NCBI GenBank assembly: GCA_951406725.2
Contig: OX597832.1
Coordinates: 5,704,001 to 5,768,000 of the forward strand
Origin: Octopus vulgaris
Lineage: Eukaryota
DNA length: 64,000 bases
Direction of reading: 5' to 3'
A program made the position numbers and the translations under genes. The notes beneath the pieces were generated by a model. The model saw only the letters and a list, made by a program, of their open reading frames with translations. It was not told the origin of the DNA and did not search any database. How positions within the stretch are numbered: the stretch's first letter is position 1; every line of letters begins with the position of its first letter. Positions 39,832-53,650 of this stretch are shown one piece after another.

Positions 39832-40006
39832 ATACTCTATGTGCACCTTGGAATTCCTGATGTAGATCCAAGGATGAATGCACAGTATCACTGATAATAC
39901 CTGGTAGCCATAAGTGGTGAAGTGCTCTGAAACAAGGTTTGGATACTACATTTAATGCCTACTTTAATTCTTTAATTCTAAATTCAGCTCACTCTCTCAC
40001 ACACAC

Positions 40007-40114
<108 letters not shown>

Positions 40115-43100
40115 ATGAAGAAGTATTAAAGTGATTGACAATAACAACCAATACAAAACTGTGGCAGTACAAGTATCTGAAGTAATATAGTAGCAGAATG
40201 AATTACTTGTGAACTATACCAGGTGCAGGTGTGGCTGTGCAGTAAGAAGCTTGTTTCCCAACCACATGCTTCCTGGTTCAGTCCTACTGTGTGGCACCTT
40301 GCTTGAGTAAGTGTCTTTTATTATATAGCCTTAGGCTGACCAAATCCTTGTGAATAGATTTGGTAGACGGAAACTGAAAGAAGTCCATTGAATGTGTATG
40401 TGTATGTATATATGTATATATAAACATATATATAAATATGTATGTATGCATGAATGTATGTATGTATGTATGTATGTATGTATGTATGTATGTATGTATA
40501 TATGTAAAGGGAAAGTTTACGAAAATGAACAAAAGACAAGGCAGGTGGAGTACAAGCAAACAAATGTATTAGTATAGCGCTCAGGAATAGAAAAAGTATT
40601 TTACGTTTCGAGCCTACGCTCTTCGACAGAAAGGTACACAGAAAAAAATAAGGAGAGAAAAAATGCGTGTAGGTGCTAATGATTTATCATGGTGTCCTAT
40701 GTATGTATGGCATACATGTATGTATGTATGTATGTATGTATGTATGTATGTGTCTTTGCATCTATATCTGTACCCTCATCAGTGCTTGACAAACAGTGTT
40801 TGTGTGTCTACATCCCTGTAACTTAGCGGTTTGGCAAAACAGACCAATAAAATAAGTACCAGGCATTAAATAGAAAACAGTAAGTCCTGAGATCAATTTG
40901 TTTGACTAAAAACACTTCAAGAGAAGTCAGATGACTGAAAGAAGTAAAAGAGGAAAAGAAAGAAAAAAAAAGAAAATACCAGTTTCAAACAACAACACCA
41001 CAATACAACAAACTGCCTGTTGTTGTTATGGTTGTTGTTGTTGTTGTTGTTGCTGTAGGTGGTGGCAGCAATGGAAGTGGAGGGACTGTCACTCAACATT
41101 TTTCTTTACATTACCCCCCCCCCCCACTACCAAGTAGTTAAACATGTTATGATAAAGTCATTCTATTTTCAATCTCCATTAAAAAAAAACAACAACAACC
41201 CATTATGAATTAGGTGAGTAACACAGTATAGAGCTACCTGGGAGATTCACAAGATGGAAGGATGTTAACCAAGAAGGATACTGTCTTTATTTAGTGGTGG
41301 TGGGTCCACAAGTACTTTCTTAGACCTACAGGCACACTCCCTCTTTCGCTTTCTCCTATTTCTCAAATATCTGACCCTCTTCATATATAATATATTGAAT
41401 GTCTATCCCAGCCTTTCTCTCTCACCGTTTCATTTACTTTACTCTCTTTACTTTTCTCTCTCTGCTTCTACCTTCCTTTTTCTTTTTCTTTGTCATTTTG
41501 GTTCTCTCTTGTCCACTATTACTTCTCTCTTTGTCCCATTTCTGTTCTTTTTCCTCTTTTTGTCTTTTTCTTCCCTCATGCTCTTCCTTTCCTTCCTTTT
41601 GACTATCACTTATGTCACCCTCCTCTCTCTTCCTCACACACACTCATAAGCACATGCTCACATATACATATGTATACATATTCATATACTCACACAAAAT
41701 ATGACCTGCCAACCATATCACTGACAACCTTGGTTCAAACAGATCTCCCCTCCTCTTACGCTACTTTTTCTCTCACTATACAACTCTCTCACTATCTCAA
41801 GATCTTTAGCATTCTTATCTTCAGTTCTAGATGAGTAAATGTACAGCAGACTACAGGAGTAGACACAGTGCCAGTTAATGATGCTGCACATCATACACAC
41901 AAACATATAAGATTTAATCTCTTTACATGAAAAAAACAGGGAAGGAGAGAGAGAGAGAGAGAGAGAAAACATAAGATAAGACAGCTCAAAGCATTTCAGG
42001 GACAGTGGTTTCAAATGAACCTAAATGATATAATATTTGCACCAATATATTTAATGAAAGGTTCTGTTCAAAATCTTCCTACAAAATACCATTATAAGAC
42101 ATTTGCACCATTGAGCCATTTTACTAAAATTAATTTCCTGTCGAGGTAACAAACAAGTTACCTTTGTTAAAAAAACAAAAAAAATTGGATTGAATCAACC
42201 TCGGTGTAACATTGATACTTATTCCTCTGGATTATATTATTTTATCGGAGAAGTATGAAATATAAAAGACATAGAAGTTTCAAGGGAATTCAAACTTGGA
42301 AACAGTGAGAAATGAGATTAACACTGCAAAGGTTATAATTTAGTATTCTAATATTTCTGCTAACTCACCATGTTTTCTTTTATATTCACATGAATTGTAC
42401 AAAGAAATTAGTTTCAAGCATTATAAATCTATATAAATTTTCTACTGATCTATTACCACCTCAGTTTCATTAACTGTGAAATTATGTTACACTTACCGTG
42501 AAATTTATTGATGAAAGAAAACAACAACAAAGATAAAAGTAAGACTTTTTGCTTTATTTATTATTTTTTAAAAATCTTTTATCTGTTACTTGTTTCAGTC
42601 ATTAGACTGTGGCCATACTGGAGCATATTTTAGTCAAACGAATTGATTCCAGTACTTTTTTCCCCTTTTTCTCTAAGCCTGGTACTTATTCTATCAGTCT
42701 CTTTGCTGAACTGTCAAGTTATGGGGATGTAAACACATGAGCACCAGCTGGGAAGCAATGGTTGGGGACACACACTGATACAAAGACACACACACATACA
42801 CACACGTATATACATGATAGGATTCTTTCAGCTTCTGCCTACCAAATCCACTCACAAAGCTTTGATCCAGGGTTATAGTTGAGGACACTTGCTCAAGGTG
42901 CCACACAGTGGGACTGAACCCAGAACCATGTGGTTGGGAAATAAGTTTCTTATCACACAACCATGCCATTTATTTTTAATGTTAGTTAACCTACAATTAT
43001 TTTCCATACAGTTTTGTTATAAATTCTATTGCTAATAATTATGATCATAATGTTGTTACTCTTTGTAGTTTTTGTTGTCCAATAGCCAGCAGTGTTGCTA

Positions 43101-43726
43101 GAGTGGGTTACTAGGGGCAGCCCTTCAGTTTGCCATCCCCATCTGCTGGCAATACAACCTAAACAGGCTTATACAGCAAGGACCAAAAAGCGCCAACCTG
43201 ATAAAAGTGTTGCTGGGAGTGAACCACCTCTCTTGACAATTCCCTCCATTCCAAGCTTTGCTATTGCCAATAGCTTTATTAAGCTTTGCTTCTGTATGGA
43301 AATAATTGTAGGATAACTAACATTTTGTTACAATATTTCTGTTGAAATTCATTCTCTTTATTTTAATAAATTTTGAAAATAATAAAGAATTTACTTAAAC
43401 CTATGGCAATAAGAAAACTGATCAATTACTTTGGAACAACACAATGTATGCACTTCACTCTGGAGTACTCCAGCACAACACTACACACCTCTGTCATACA
43501 GTAAAGTTGTTGTATAGCATGAGTTGTTGTTAAACTCCAGTTAAATCCCAACTGAGCCAATCTATGACCAAAAGTATTCCAGTCATGACCATATTGACTT
43601 TTTTGTGGTGGTAGACATGCAGCATTGAGTTCTATGTAATTCACTGTATCTTACAAGATTTAAGTCAATCAGGTTATGATTTGAGGGAGATGTTATTGCT
43701 ATTTCTAGCAAATTGAGTTACTGTAT

Positions 43727-45126
43727 TGTTGTAACATAATTTGTTACATGCAATAAATAAGATAACCAGACAATAGTAACAAAAATTTAACAAACTAACA
43801 AATCTCGTTATGAACCAACAATCAATATTTCTTGCGAACAAACCAACTTCACTGCACATCATACACACAGACTAACACAAACTTCACTTGACTCTGAACT
43901 CTGAACCTCAAATTCACTCGGATTGTTATCATTTATATTTTACTTGGACCAGTCTATCTCTTGCAAGGGGGCATCGTAACCCTCATCCCAAGATCTCCTC
44001 TTTTGTGATGTTGACCACTGCAAGGAAGTGGAATTTCTTTTATTTTTATTTTCTTCTTTCCAGTACCTCTCCCACTATTTTTTTTTACCTGTTGTATCTT
44101 AATTGTATTGTTCGTTGCACACAGTCCTTTTTCTTTTCATTGTACTAAGCACTTCTGTTTTTGTTTCTTTGAAAATTTAGCACCTTCTTTGTTTAGGTAT
44201 TACATCCAGATATTCAGTCTGTTTTCATTTTCTGAAGCTAGTTTTCTGAAGTAAGTTCTTTGAGATTAAAACTTTCACATATCCTGTTGACTGTTCCTGT
44301 GTATGTGATAAAATCATCATTCTTTTTTTTCCTTATATTCAACATTCCATTCTAGTGTTAAATAGAAAAGTTTTATCATCGAATATGTTAGATAGTAAAT
44401 TTATTGATTCTTTAAAACAAATTTCATTGGATTTTGGGCAATATGAAATTACAGTAATGTTCTTGCTCTAACGGAGCTAATTTTCACAATAACAATCTCA
44501 CTTTTTGTTCATCTGACCATGATTTGCAATCTTGCTTAAAAATCTCCTCTTACCTTCAGTAGTACAATGTAAAAGTTATTGCCCCCCTCTGGGTTATAAC
44601 TGAAATCATTTACTGAGTTCGAAATGCCGTCTGGTGAAAATGAACTTACCCCATTTTTGAATTTCTTTGAATATAGCTCCAATAATTGTTGTTGTAGTTG
44701 TTGCTGTAATAGTTGCTTCTGCAACTCCTGTTGCTGCTCTTGTTGTTGCTTTTGCCACTGTACTATGGAAGCTAATAGGCCTTCCATTATTTAACAAGTT
44801 GTATCATGAACAAATTGTCAAATAACCTATGTGAGCTTCGAAACCCTTGTCCTCCAGATGTTGTGATGTGATTTGTTACGTACAATAAATAAGATAACTA
44901 GACAACAGTAAAAGCAATGTAATGAACTAACAAATCTCTTTACAGACCAACAATTAATATTCCTTGCAAACTAACCAACTGACACCTTCCGACTTCACTG
45001 CAAACTAACATGAGCTTCACTTGACTCCAAACTCTGAGCCTCAAACTCACTCAGATCGTTACTATTTATATTTTACTTGGACCAGTCTATCTCTCGCAAG
45101 GGGGCACTGTAACTCTCATCACAACA
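43727..45126 (-). mobile_element. Internally deleted gypsy LTR retrotransposon with both LTRs
   Basis: LTRs at 43727-43993 and 44859-45126 (TGTTGTGATG..CATCACAACA). 5-bp TSD TGTAT (43722-26, 45127-31). PPT AAAAGAGGAGA at 44004-43994. Gag start MEGLL..FSYNPEGG at 44787-44536. Confidence 0.9.
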
Positions 45127-46082
45127 TGTATTGAAGCCCTCTTGCTTATCATTTTACATGTGCTGCATAGCATCTTCTATAGCTTTGGACCAACCAAAGC
45201 CTTGTTAGTGGATTTCATAGATGGAAACTGAAAGAAACCCATTGTATATATATATATATATATATATACAATGGGTATATATATATATATATATGTGTGT
45301 GTTTGTGTCTGTATTTGTCCCCCATCACCTCTTGGTTTGTTTACATCCTAGTAACTTAGCAGTTCGACCTATAGAATAAGTACCAGGCTTACAAATAACT
45401 AAATAAATAAATAAAATAAACAAGTATTGGGTTTGCTTCATTTGACTAAAACGAAATTCTTCAAAGTCGTGTCACAACATGGCTGCAGTCAAATGACCGA
45501 AACAGATAAAAAACAGAAAATATAAGCTTTCCCAAAGTCCAATGTGTTTTACCTCCAAAATCCTGAAGATGTGTAAATTTAGTTGTTCTGTAGCTAAGAT
45601 GATGCCTATTGTATTTGCAGGGCTATTTTTCTAGCTTATTCATTATTTTTGCTGTATATGTAGACCAGGTTGATAATACTCGCAGATATATTTTTGTTGT
45701 CATAGTGACAAAGGATCTCCCAAAACAAGAATATGTTTGTATAGCATCAAATAAAACATTTACATTTGTTGTGGTTATTAAAGGAGAAAACATTTACATT
45801 TGTTGTGGTTATTAAAGGAGAAAACTTAAGTTTCTTATTTTAGTAACTAGCGTGCTTCTTCATAAAACTGATTTAAATTTTATTACGGCAACATTAGCCA
45901 CAATAATAATAGAATTTATAACCAAGGGTGTGGCTATGTGTTTAAGATGTTTGCTTCCTAATCATGTCATCTTGGGTTTAGTCTCACTGGGTGAAACCTT
46001 GGGCAAGTGTTTTCTACTATAGTCGTGACCTGACCAAAGCCTTGAGAGTGGATTTGGTTAGAAACTGAAAGAAGCCTATTGT

Positions 46083-46125
<43 letters not shown>

Positions 46126-46126
<1 letters not shown>

Positions 46127-46310
46127 TGTTGTGTCTGGGGAGAGTCATTCTCTTTTAGTACCTTATTATTTAACACCCTCACTGGTAAAATTTGAGTGTG
46201 TTTAATAATAAGGTACTAAAAGAGAATGACTCTCTCCAGACACAACAGAATATGCTTCAACACACGAACTCATATAAAGAATCTTGCAAACCAAATCCCA
46301 AAACGAAATA
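46126..46310. repeat. Hairpin-plus-tail repeat in (TA)n, copy 1
   Basis: CTGTTGTGTCTGGGGAGAGTCATT..AATGACTCTCTCCAGACACAACAG, followed by an unpaired tail. Confidence 0.85.
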
Positions 46311-47280
46311 TATATATATACATATATCCAGGTGGTGCTATTAAGTTAGACATGGCCTGGGTCAATGCTATTAGAAACTTATCTAAGTATGTGTATGTTT
46401 TTATGTGTGCATGTGTGTGTGTACTTTTGTCTTGACATCATGTGATGGTTGTAACTGAACATCCCTATCATACAAGCGATGATATTCATTTCCAGTCTTC
46501 CATGAAAAACATATTTGGCTCTGGGAAAATATTACTTTGCTTGGAAATAGGTGCTGGTTGGTGACAAGAAGAGCATCTGGCCATAGAAAAATCTGCCTTA
46601 ACAAATTCCATCTGACTTACGCAAGCATGGAAAAGTTGACATTAAAAATGATAATATTGTCTATCAGTGGGTGAATGGATCAGCTGTACATTTTTCCTTT
46701 CCCAAGATATCATCATCATCATCATCACTATGATGCAACAGCAGCATTGCATCATCAAAGCAGTTGAAAATGACATCAACATTTCATTACAATTTACTAT
46801 TTTTCTTCAGTAAATCAGATGACATGTAAAAGGAACCATTGTTATTGTTTGTCACCCTTAAGTCTATGAGTGAGTTGGTGTGTGTAGCAGGAGCATATGA
46901 CTAGATGCTTCATCATATCAAGTCCAGCCCATATTAACTTTGATTGTTATTATATTAAAATTAATAAAATGATTATTTAAAAATTTGATAAAGCATATAT
47001 AGGCCCAAACATAATACTGAACTCACTTGAAATGAATTTACATCAAATTTACATCACAGTCCTTCACCCCATCATCATCACCACCATCACTCCACCACCA
47101 CCACCACCATCACCACCATCACCACCATCACCACCATCACCACTGCCACCACCACTGCTGCCTTTCTACTATAGGCACAAGGCCTGAAATTTTTGGCTGA
47201 GGGAATTTGTTCTTTACATTGACCCCAGTACTTAGCCGATACTTATTTCATTGACACTGAAAGGATGAAAGGTAAAGTGC

Positions 47281-47778
47281 ATGAAAACCTGTGATAAAAC
47301 TGCTGCCTTGGATATTCTTACTGATAAATGGCAAGAAAAAATTTTCATTGACAAATACCCAAAGAGAGCTAATAGTGTTGATATTGACAAAGCCCTTACC
47401 CATCAATGGTTAGTGGCTTCTGGCTTAAAATCAGAAACAGAAGGGTTTATCATAGCAGCCCAAGATCAATGCCTATCTACAAGAAACTACCAGGCCAACA
47501 TTTTAAAGAACGGTAGCTGCCCAACATGTTATGTATGTCAACAACAAAATGAAACCATTGATCATGTTCAATACAGTTCCATATTTAAGAGATGAGGAAT
47601 TATGTATATCATTTACATTATTTACATTTAATGGATATTTGTCCTTATCTTGTTTGTTGTTAACACAACATTTCAGCTGATATACCCTCCAGCCTTCTTC
47701 AGGTATCTTGGGGGAAATTTTGAACAAGGGTTCTCATTCCTAAGGTATTTTTCAATGTCATTATTATTATTATTATTA

Positions 47779-47828
<50 letters not shown>

Positions 47829-48745
47829 GTTCAAGTCACTACTTGGAATCAAACTCAGAATCTTGGGGTTAGTAGCACGCACTCTTAACCACTATGCCAT
47901 ATGCCCACGGGCATATGGCATAGTGATTAAGAGCGCAGGCTACTAAGCCCATGATTCCGAATTCGATTCCAAGCAGTGACCTGAACAACAACAACAACAA
48001 CAACAATAATAAAAAATATCCGTCGAATGTAAATAATGTAAATGTTGTCTCCATGTGCAGTCTTCTTGTGCCTACAGATTATCTTAACAGGCATAATAGA
48101 GCAGCACAAAATATTCATTGGGTAATTTGCAAAATCCTGGACTTGCTTCATGATAAAAACTAGTGGGAACACAAACCACCTCCAGTGCTTGAAAATGATC
48201 GCATCTCACTCCTCTGGAACTTCACCATTCAAACTGACAGAAAGATAGATGTGAATAGGCCAGACATTATATTGAAAGACTTCAGACAAAAATCATGCCT
48301 CCTCATTGATATGCCTGTCCCAATCGATAAAAATGTATCTGTCAAGACCTACCAAAAACTGAGCAAATATAAAGATCTTGAAATAGAAATTGGCAAAATG
48401 TGGAACCTTAAGAAAGATGAAAACAATATCTGTTGTCATAGGTATCCTAGGAGTGATAGCAAAAGGGGATGATTGCTACCTAGCTCAGATACCAGGAAAC
48501 CCCAAAATGGTAGAAATTGAAAAGACTGTGCTCACAGTAACTGCCCATATCCTATGTAAAATACTGTCTATGTAATCTCAAATTTTAAATCAAACTCATG
48601 TTTTCTTAAACATTCTCTAGAACAATACTATATACAAAACCAAATATATGACACCCTAGGCATAACATCAACACAAACTTCTAACTTGTTGTCTCTTGAG
48701 GTCTCTGGGTGAGACTTGGAGGCAACTTGTGTAAATACAAAGCTA
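47281..48745 (+). mobile_element. R4/Dong-like (RLE) LINE 3' fragment, split by an insertion
   Basis: GLKSETEGFIIAAQDQ, CYVC..ETIDHV|VSMC..RHN, WNFTIQTD..NRPDII; ends next to (AAT)n. Confidence 0.85.
47569..48041. mobile_element. Palindromic element: head-to-head tRNA-like heads + (AAT/AAC)n + hammerhead-like body
   Basis: Inverted arms centred at 47907-47908. A/B-box-like TGGCATAGTGA and ATTCGATTCC. ATGTT is duplicated at 47564-68 and 48042-46, splitting the LINE codons DHV|VS. Confidence 0.8.
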
Positions 48746-48779
48746 AACATATAATAATAACAACAACAAAAATAATAAT

Positions 48780-49420
48780 TAAGAACCAATTACATCAAAA
48801 ACAGAATAGACAATACATCAGAAATTGATAAGTGTAGAATTTGTGGATAAAATGGTGAAACCGTATGGCATATTACTAGTCAATATATGCCACTAGCCCA
48901 GAAAGAATATAAGAGACATCATGACAATAGAGCAAATAAACAGTACGGACATAAATCCAAAGGCATCATCAAAGATGACAATGCCAAGATCCTATGGGAT
49001 TTTATGACATAGAGAATAGGAAACCAGACATAGTGTTAATTGAGAAAAAAAGCAAACGCTGCTGGATCATAGATATAGCATGCCCAGCTGACAAGGTATG
49101 CGATAAGGAAGAAAGAAAAGTCGATAGATATAAAAGGTTAGTTTGGGAGGTTAAGCAGTTGTGACCACTGAAAAAGGTGGCAGTAGAACCAATAATTGTC
49201 GGGCCCCTGGGAACAGTGAGTAAAAATCTTGAGAAGTACATGGAACAAATAGGGGCTATCATAAGGGTAGTGCACTTGCAGAAAACAGCACTGCTTGCTT
49301 GGAACTGCTTGAATACTCTGGATGGTGCTTGAAAAGTAAGGGGTGCTACCTTAGTTCACTGGTAGTGAATAGCTGACACCATAGTACATCTCCAGCATTA
49401 GAAGCTGTGCAAAGACAATA
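48780..49420 (+). mobile_element. Second R4/Dong-like LINE 3' fragment (a shorter homologue lies at 59625-59860)
   Basis: RTNYIKNRID..KCRICG..ETVWHI..YKRHHD, RKPDIV..IDIACP. Bounded by (AAT)n, the known Dong target type. Confidence 0.8.
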
Positions 49421-50863
49421 GAATAATAATGATAATGGTTTCAAATTTTTCCACAAGAGCAGCCATTTTGGGGGAAGGGGATGTGTCAATTACATCAACT
49501 TAATTTATTAACCCTGAAAGGATGAAAGGCAAAATCAACCTCAGCAGAATTTGAACTCAGAGTGTAGTGCTGAGCGAAATACCGCTAAGCATTTAGCCCA
49601 GCATGCTAATGAGTCTGCCAGCTCACCACCTTAGTAATAATAATAATGATGTTTTCTTTATTGGCTACAAGGGCTTAACACAAAACAAAAAAAGACAGTA
49701 TGACAAAAGGGACAAGTGAGGCTTAGCACAATATTCGTGTATAAAATAAAACAAGATAATAATGATTATTAACTAAAACTTAACAATAAAATTCCCCAAA
49801 AGTAGAGGAATCCTTCTAGGGCCGACCAAGGAACCTCACACATCCTGGCCACCCCTGAAGGAGCCCGACAGGTAGCTGACTCCTCAACCCCTCTGGCTTA
49901 CATGCATATATTCAGAGTAGGCCCATTCACATGGGCCATCTTCACCACATCCACCTGAAGCAACTGTAGTTTTTTGGATCTCCACAAGTAGCCCTAGGAT
50001 ATTCCCCATTTTTGGGGAATTTTTTATTGTTAAAATCTTATTTTGTTATCATTTTCACTGTTTACATGTTTCATTTTAAGTAACCCCACATTGTATTATT
50101 CTGTATGTTCTCAATTTTTTTTGTGAATCCTTCGTGGTGAATAAAGAAAACATTATATTAGTATTTGTTCTGTTGTGCATGGGGTGTGTAATGTAAGTTG
50201 TGTTATTTTATTGAGTACTAATCATGGAGAGTATAGGTAGTGTTGCTTATTTTATTTGGTGCTTATTGTATCAGGATTGTGGTGTGAAGACTGTTCTATT
50301 TGACCTGTTCTATTTGACTCAATAATCTCTTGTGTAGGTTGCGGGCTGTTCTGAGTAAAGCTATTTTTGGACATTGTATAGTTTTGTGAGTCCTGCTATA
50401 ACCTATATGATTTTGTTTATAATTTTTTTTTTCATCATACCTATATTTTGAATTATTGTTACTGTTATTATCATTATAAAGAAATCATTATTACTATCAT
50501 GCTTCTTTATGTTGCTACTGTGCCATCAGTTTCACTTCCATGTCCTTCACGTGTATTCAGATCATTTATATATTACTACTTATCTGAATTGCTTTTACAT
50601 ATTGTATAAAGAAGATAAGAATTTAGTGCTATGACATTGTATTGCATAATAATGAGTGCTCTACCACAAAATGCCATTTTCTTTATGTACCTTAGCTTGT
50701 GTAGTGTCATGACCATTTGTCTATTTCAATTATATATTTCATATTATTTTTTCCCATTTATTATTATTGAGGTTGTTTGAGATTTCAACCACCTTAGTAT
50801 ATTTACATATTTTTAAAGATTTTGTCCTTAGCTGTCATACCCATATCATTTTAAGTGAGAGAA

Positions 50864-50926
<63 letters not shown>

Positions 50927-51381
50927 ATCTTACTTCCAGTAGAGTGTTGCTTCAGAGGATAGGTCAACTATTGAGAATGACAAATGAAAGGAGGCTCTTT
51001 CCCTTGTGTTGAGGGCAAAATTATGATTGAGTGAGAAATGGATTTGTCCTTTGTAGTTAACTACTTCTTGGGATACTCTGTTACTCTTTCACTTGTTTAA
51101 GTTATTGGATCATGGCCATGCTGAGGCAAGAAAACAAGTCACAAATTCAACTTATATAGAAGTTACTCCTTGTTCTATGGACCTTACTATCAAAAGTAAA
51201 AGTATTGTTTAACATCCATTTTCCACGCTAGCACGGGTTGGACGGTTCGACCGGGGTCTGGGAAGCCAGGGGCTGCACCAGGCTCCAGTCTGATCTGGCA
51301 GTGTTTCTACAGCTGGATGCCCTTCCTAACGCCAACCACTCCGCATATATATATATATATATATACATGTGTGTATATATC

Positions 51382-51413
<32 letters not shown>

Positions 51414-51416
51414 ATG

Positions 51417-51451
<35 letters not shown>

Positions 51452-51454
51452 GTG

Positions 51455-51828
<374 letters not shown>

Positions 51829-52869
51829 TCATATATGTGAGTGTGTGTGTGTGTATGCGTGTGTACACGCACACCATAAAACTCCATGTATAATACCCAT
51901 ATTTTTTTTTTTACCAAACTCATGACTAGAATTTCTTTTCACCAAAATCAAGATTACAAGAGTATAATATGATATTAGATAACAAAGTTTTGCCTTGATC
52001 ACTTTTAAAGAAAACATGATAATGTAATAAAGCTTTATTATTGTATATAGAGTTAATTTATATAAAATGACATTAGAAACTAACATATTAGCTTATAGTA
52101 GACAAATGTCCCTTGTAACAGTTATTGCATTTGTATATGGTATTATAGGGGTATCTAAGACATTTTATATCCGAATATCAAGGTGTATATTATAATGGTA
52201 GTATGTTACACGTGAACTTTTACATTAATATATGATGACGTTAGATATATGTATAATATGTAACAAGCCCTTGTTTCTTCATTATAGTTCTCAATGTCAT
52301 AACAGAAAAATTAAAGACTGGCTATCCATGGGAAGATCAGTATGACAATAACCTAGTTCTCATAGCTGAATCTATAAAAAGATTTAGAATAAAAAATTCA
52401 TATGCAGAAGCAAAACCTTCAAAAGGCTTCAAAGTAATAGCAAAGACAAAAGAAGGAAAGAAGACAAGATAGACATTTCATGTGGTGTATTGAATATAAT
52501 CTGCAGGTACTGAAGAGGTTAAAATGAGATCACAGACAGGTTGAATGAGGAAATAGACAAAGGTACAAAAATAGCTGGTCGAAGAGTACCTGTGAAATAA
52601 CATCTTGTAAAATTTCAGAGGCTCTGCAGAGATTTCTAATGACTTTTCTTACCTAAATGATCTAATTAATAGTAGCAGTGAGTGCTTCAAAAGCATAGAA
52701 ATCAGGGTAGCAACATATCAAGTGTCAAAGGGATTATAGAGCAACATGAGATTAAGGGTTTTGTTCAAGAACACAATGCACCACCCAGTCCAGGAATTGA
52801 AACCATAATCTTGCAATCATGAGTGCAACACCCTAACCACAAGGCTATGCACCCTCACACATATATAAC

Positions 52870-52990
<121 letters not shown>

Positions 52991-53593
52991 AGATTTGTGT
53001 ATGTGTGTGCAAACCATTTGTATTGGGTGTCATAAAAAACACCATAGTAGGGAGTAATAATATTATATTTATATTTTGCTTGAATCAGACACTTGCTGCT
53101 CTGAAGTTTTGCCTTAGTATTCATAGGCTCATCAGGCAAATTATAAATTGCCTGATGATCTTATGGTATAATGAAGGTTGACGAAATTGGTTAATAAATG
53201 GAAAGAGAATTCAGCGTGAGATAAGATATGTCCATTTATTAGCAAAGCATACACAGTAATGACCACTTACTATTAGTGATCCAAATGTGTTCTTTTAAAC
53301 TAGAGTGTTCCTGTAATGGTAGGTGACTAATCTAGGGAGATAAAAACATAGATCTTATGACCCAGAAATTTCACCTCACTTTTCATTTAATGCTACCCTT
53401 GCTGCTTTCATTCTTTGTAGTACCTTTTGTACCCACTGGTCGTGCTCTTGTGTTTTTCCACTGACCAGGACATCATCTATGTCACAAATGAACCCTGGTG
53501 TTTCTGACACAATGTGTGACATTTCTCAGTGGAGAAATAGCAAGAATAGCAAGAAACTGATGCAACTGAATTAAGCATTATACATTCATACAC

Positions 53594-53649
<56 letters not shown>

Positions 53650-53650
53650 C

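Noticed and set aside
45552-45700. Minus-strand exon ending GGAG|GTAAA
   Set aside because: No good acceptor, stops lie just upstream, and there is no recognisable homology.
45753-45823. 34-bp perfect tandem duplication (similar short duplications at 14683-14720, 17905-17998, 26460-26535)
   Set aside because: Ordinary slippage duplications with no further structure.
47909-47985. Functional tRNA gene
   Set aside because: The acceptor stem and boxes are degenerate, there is no T-run terminator, and it is part of a mobile palindrome.
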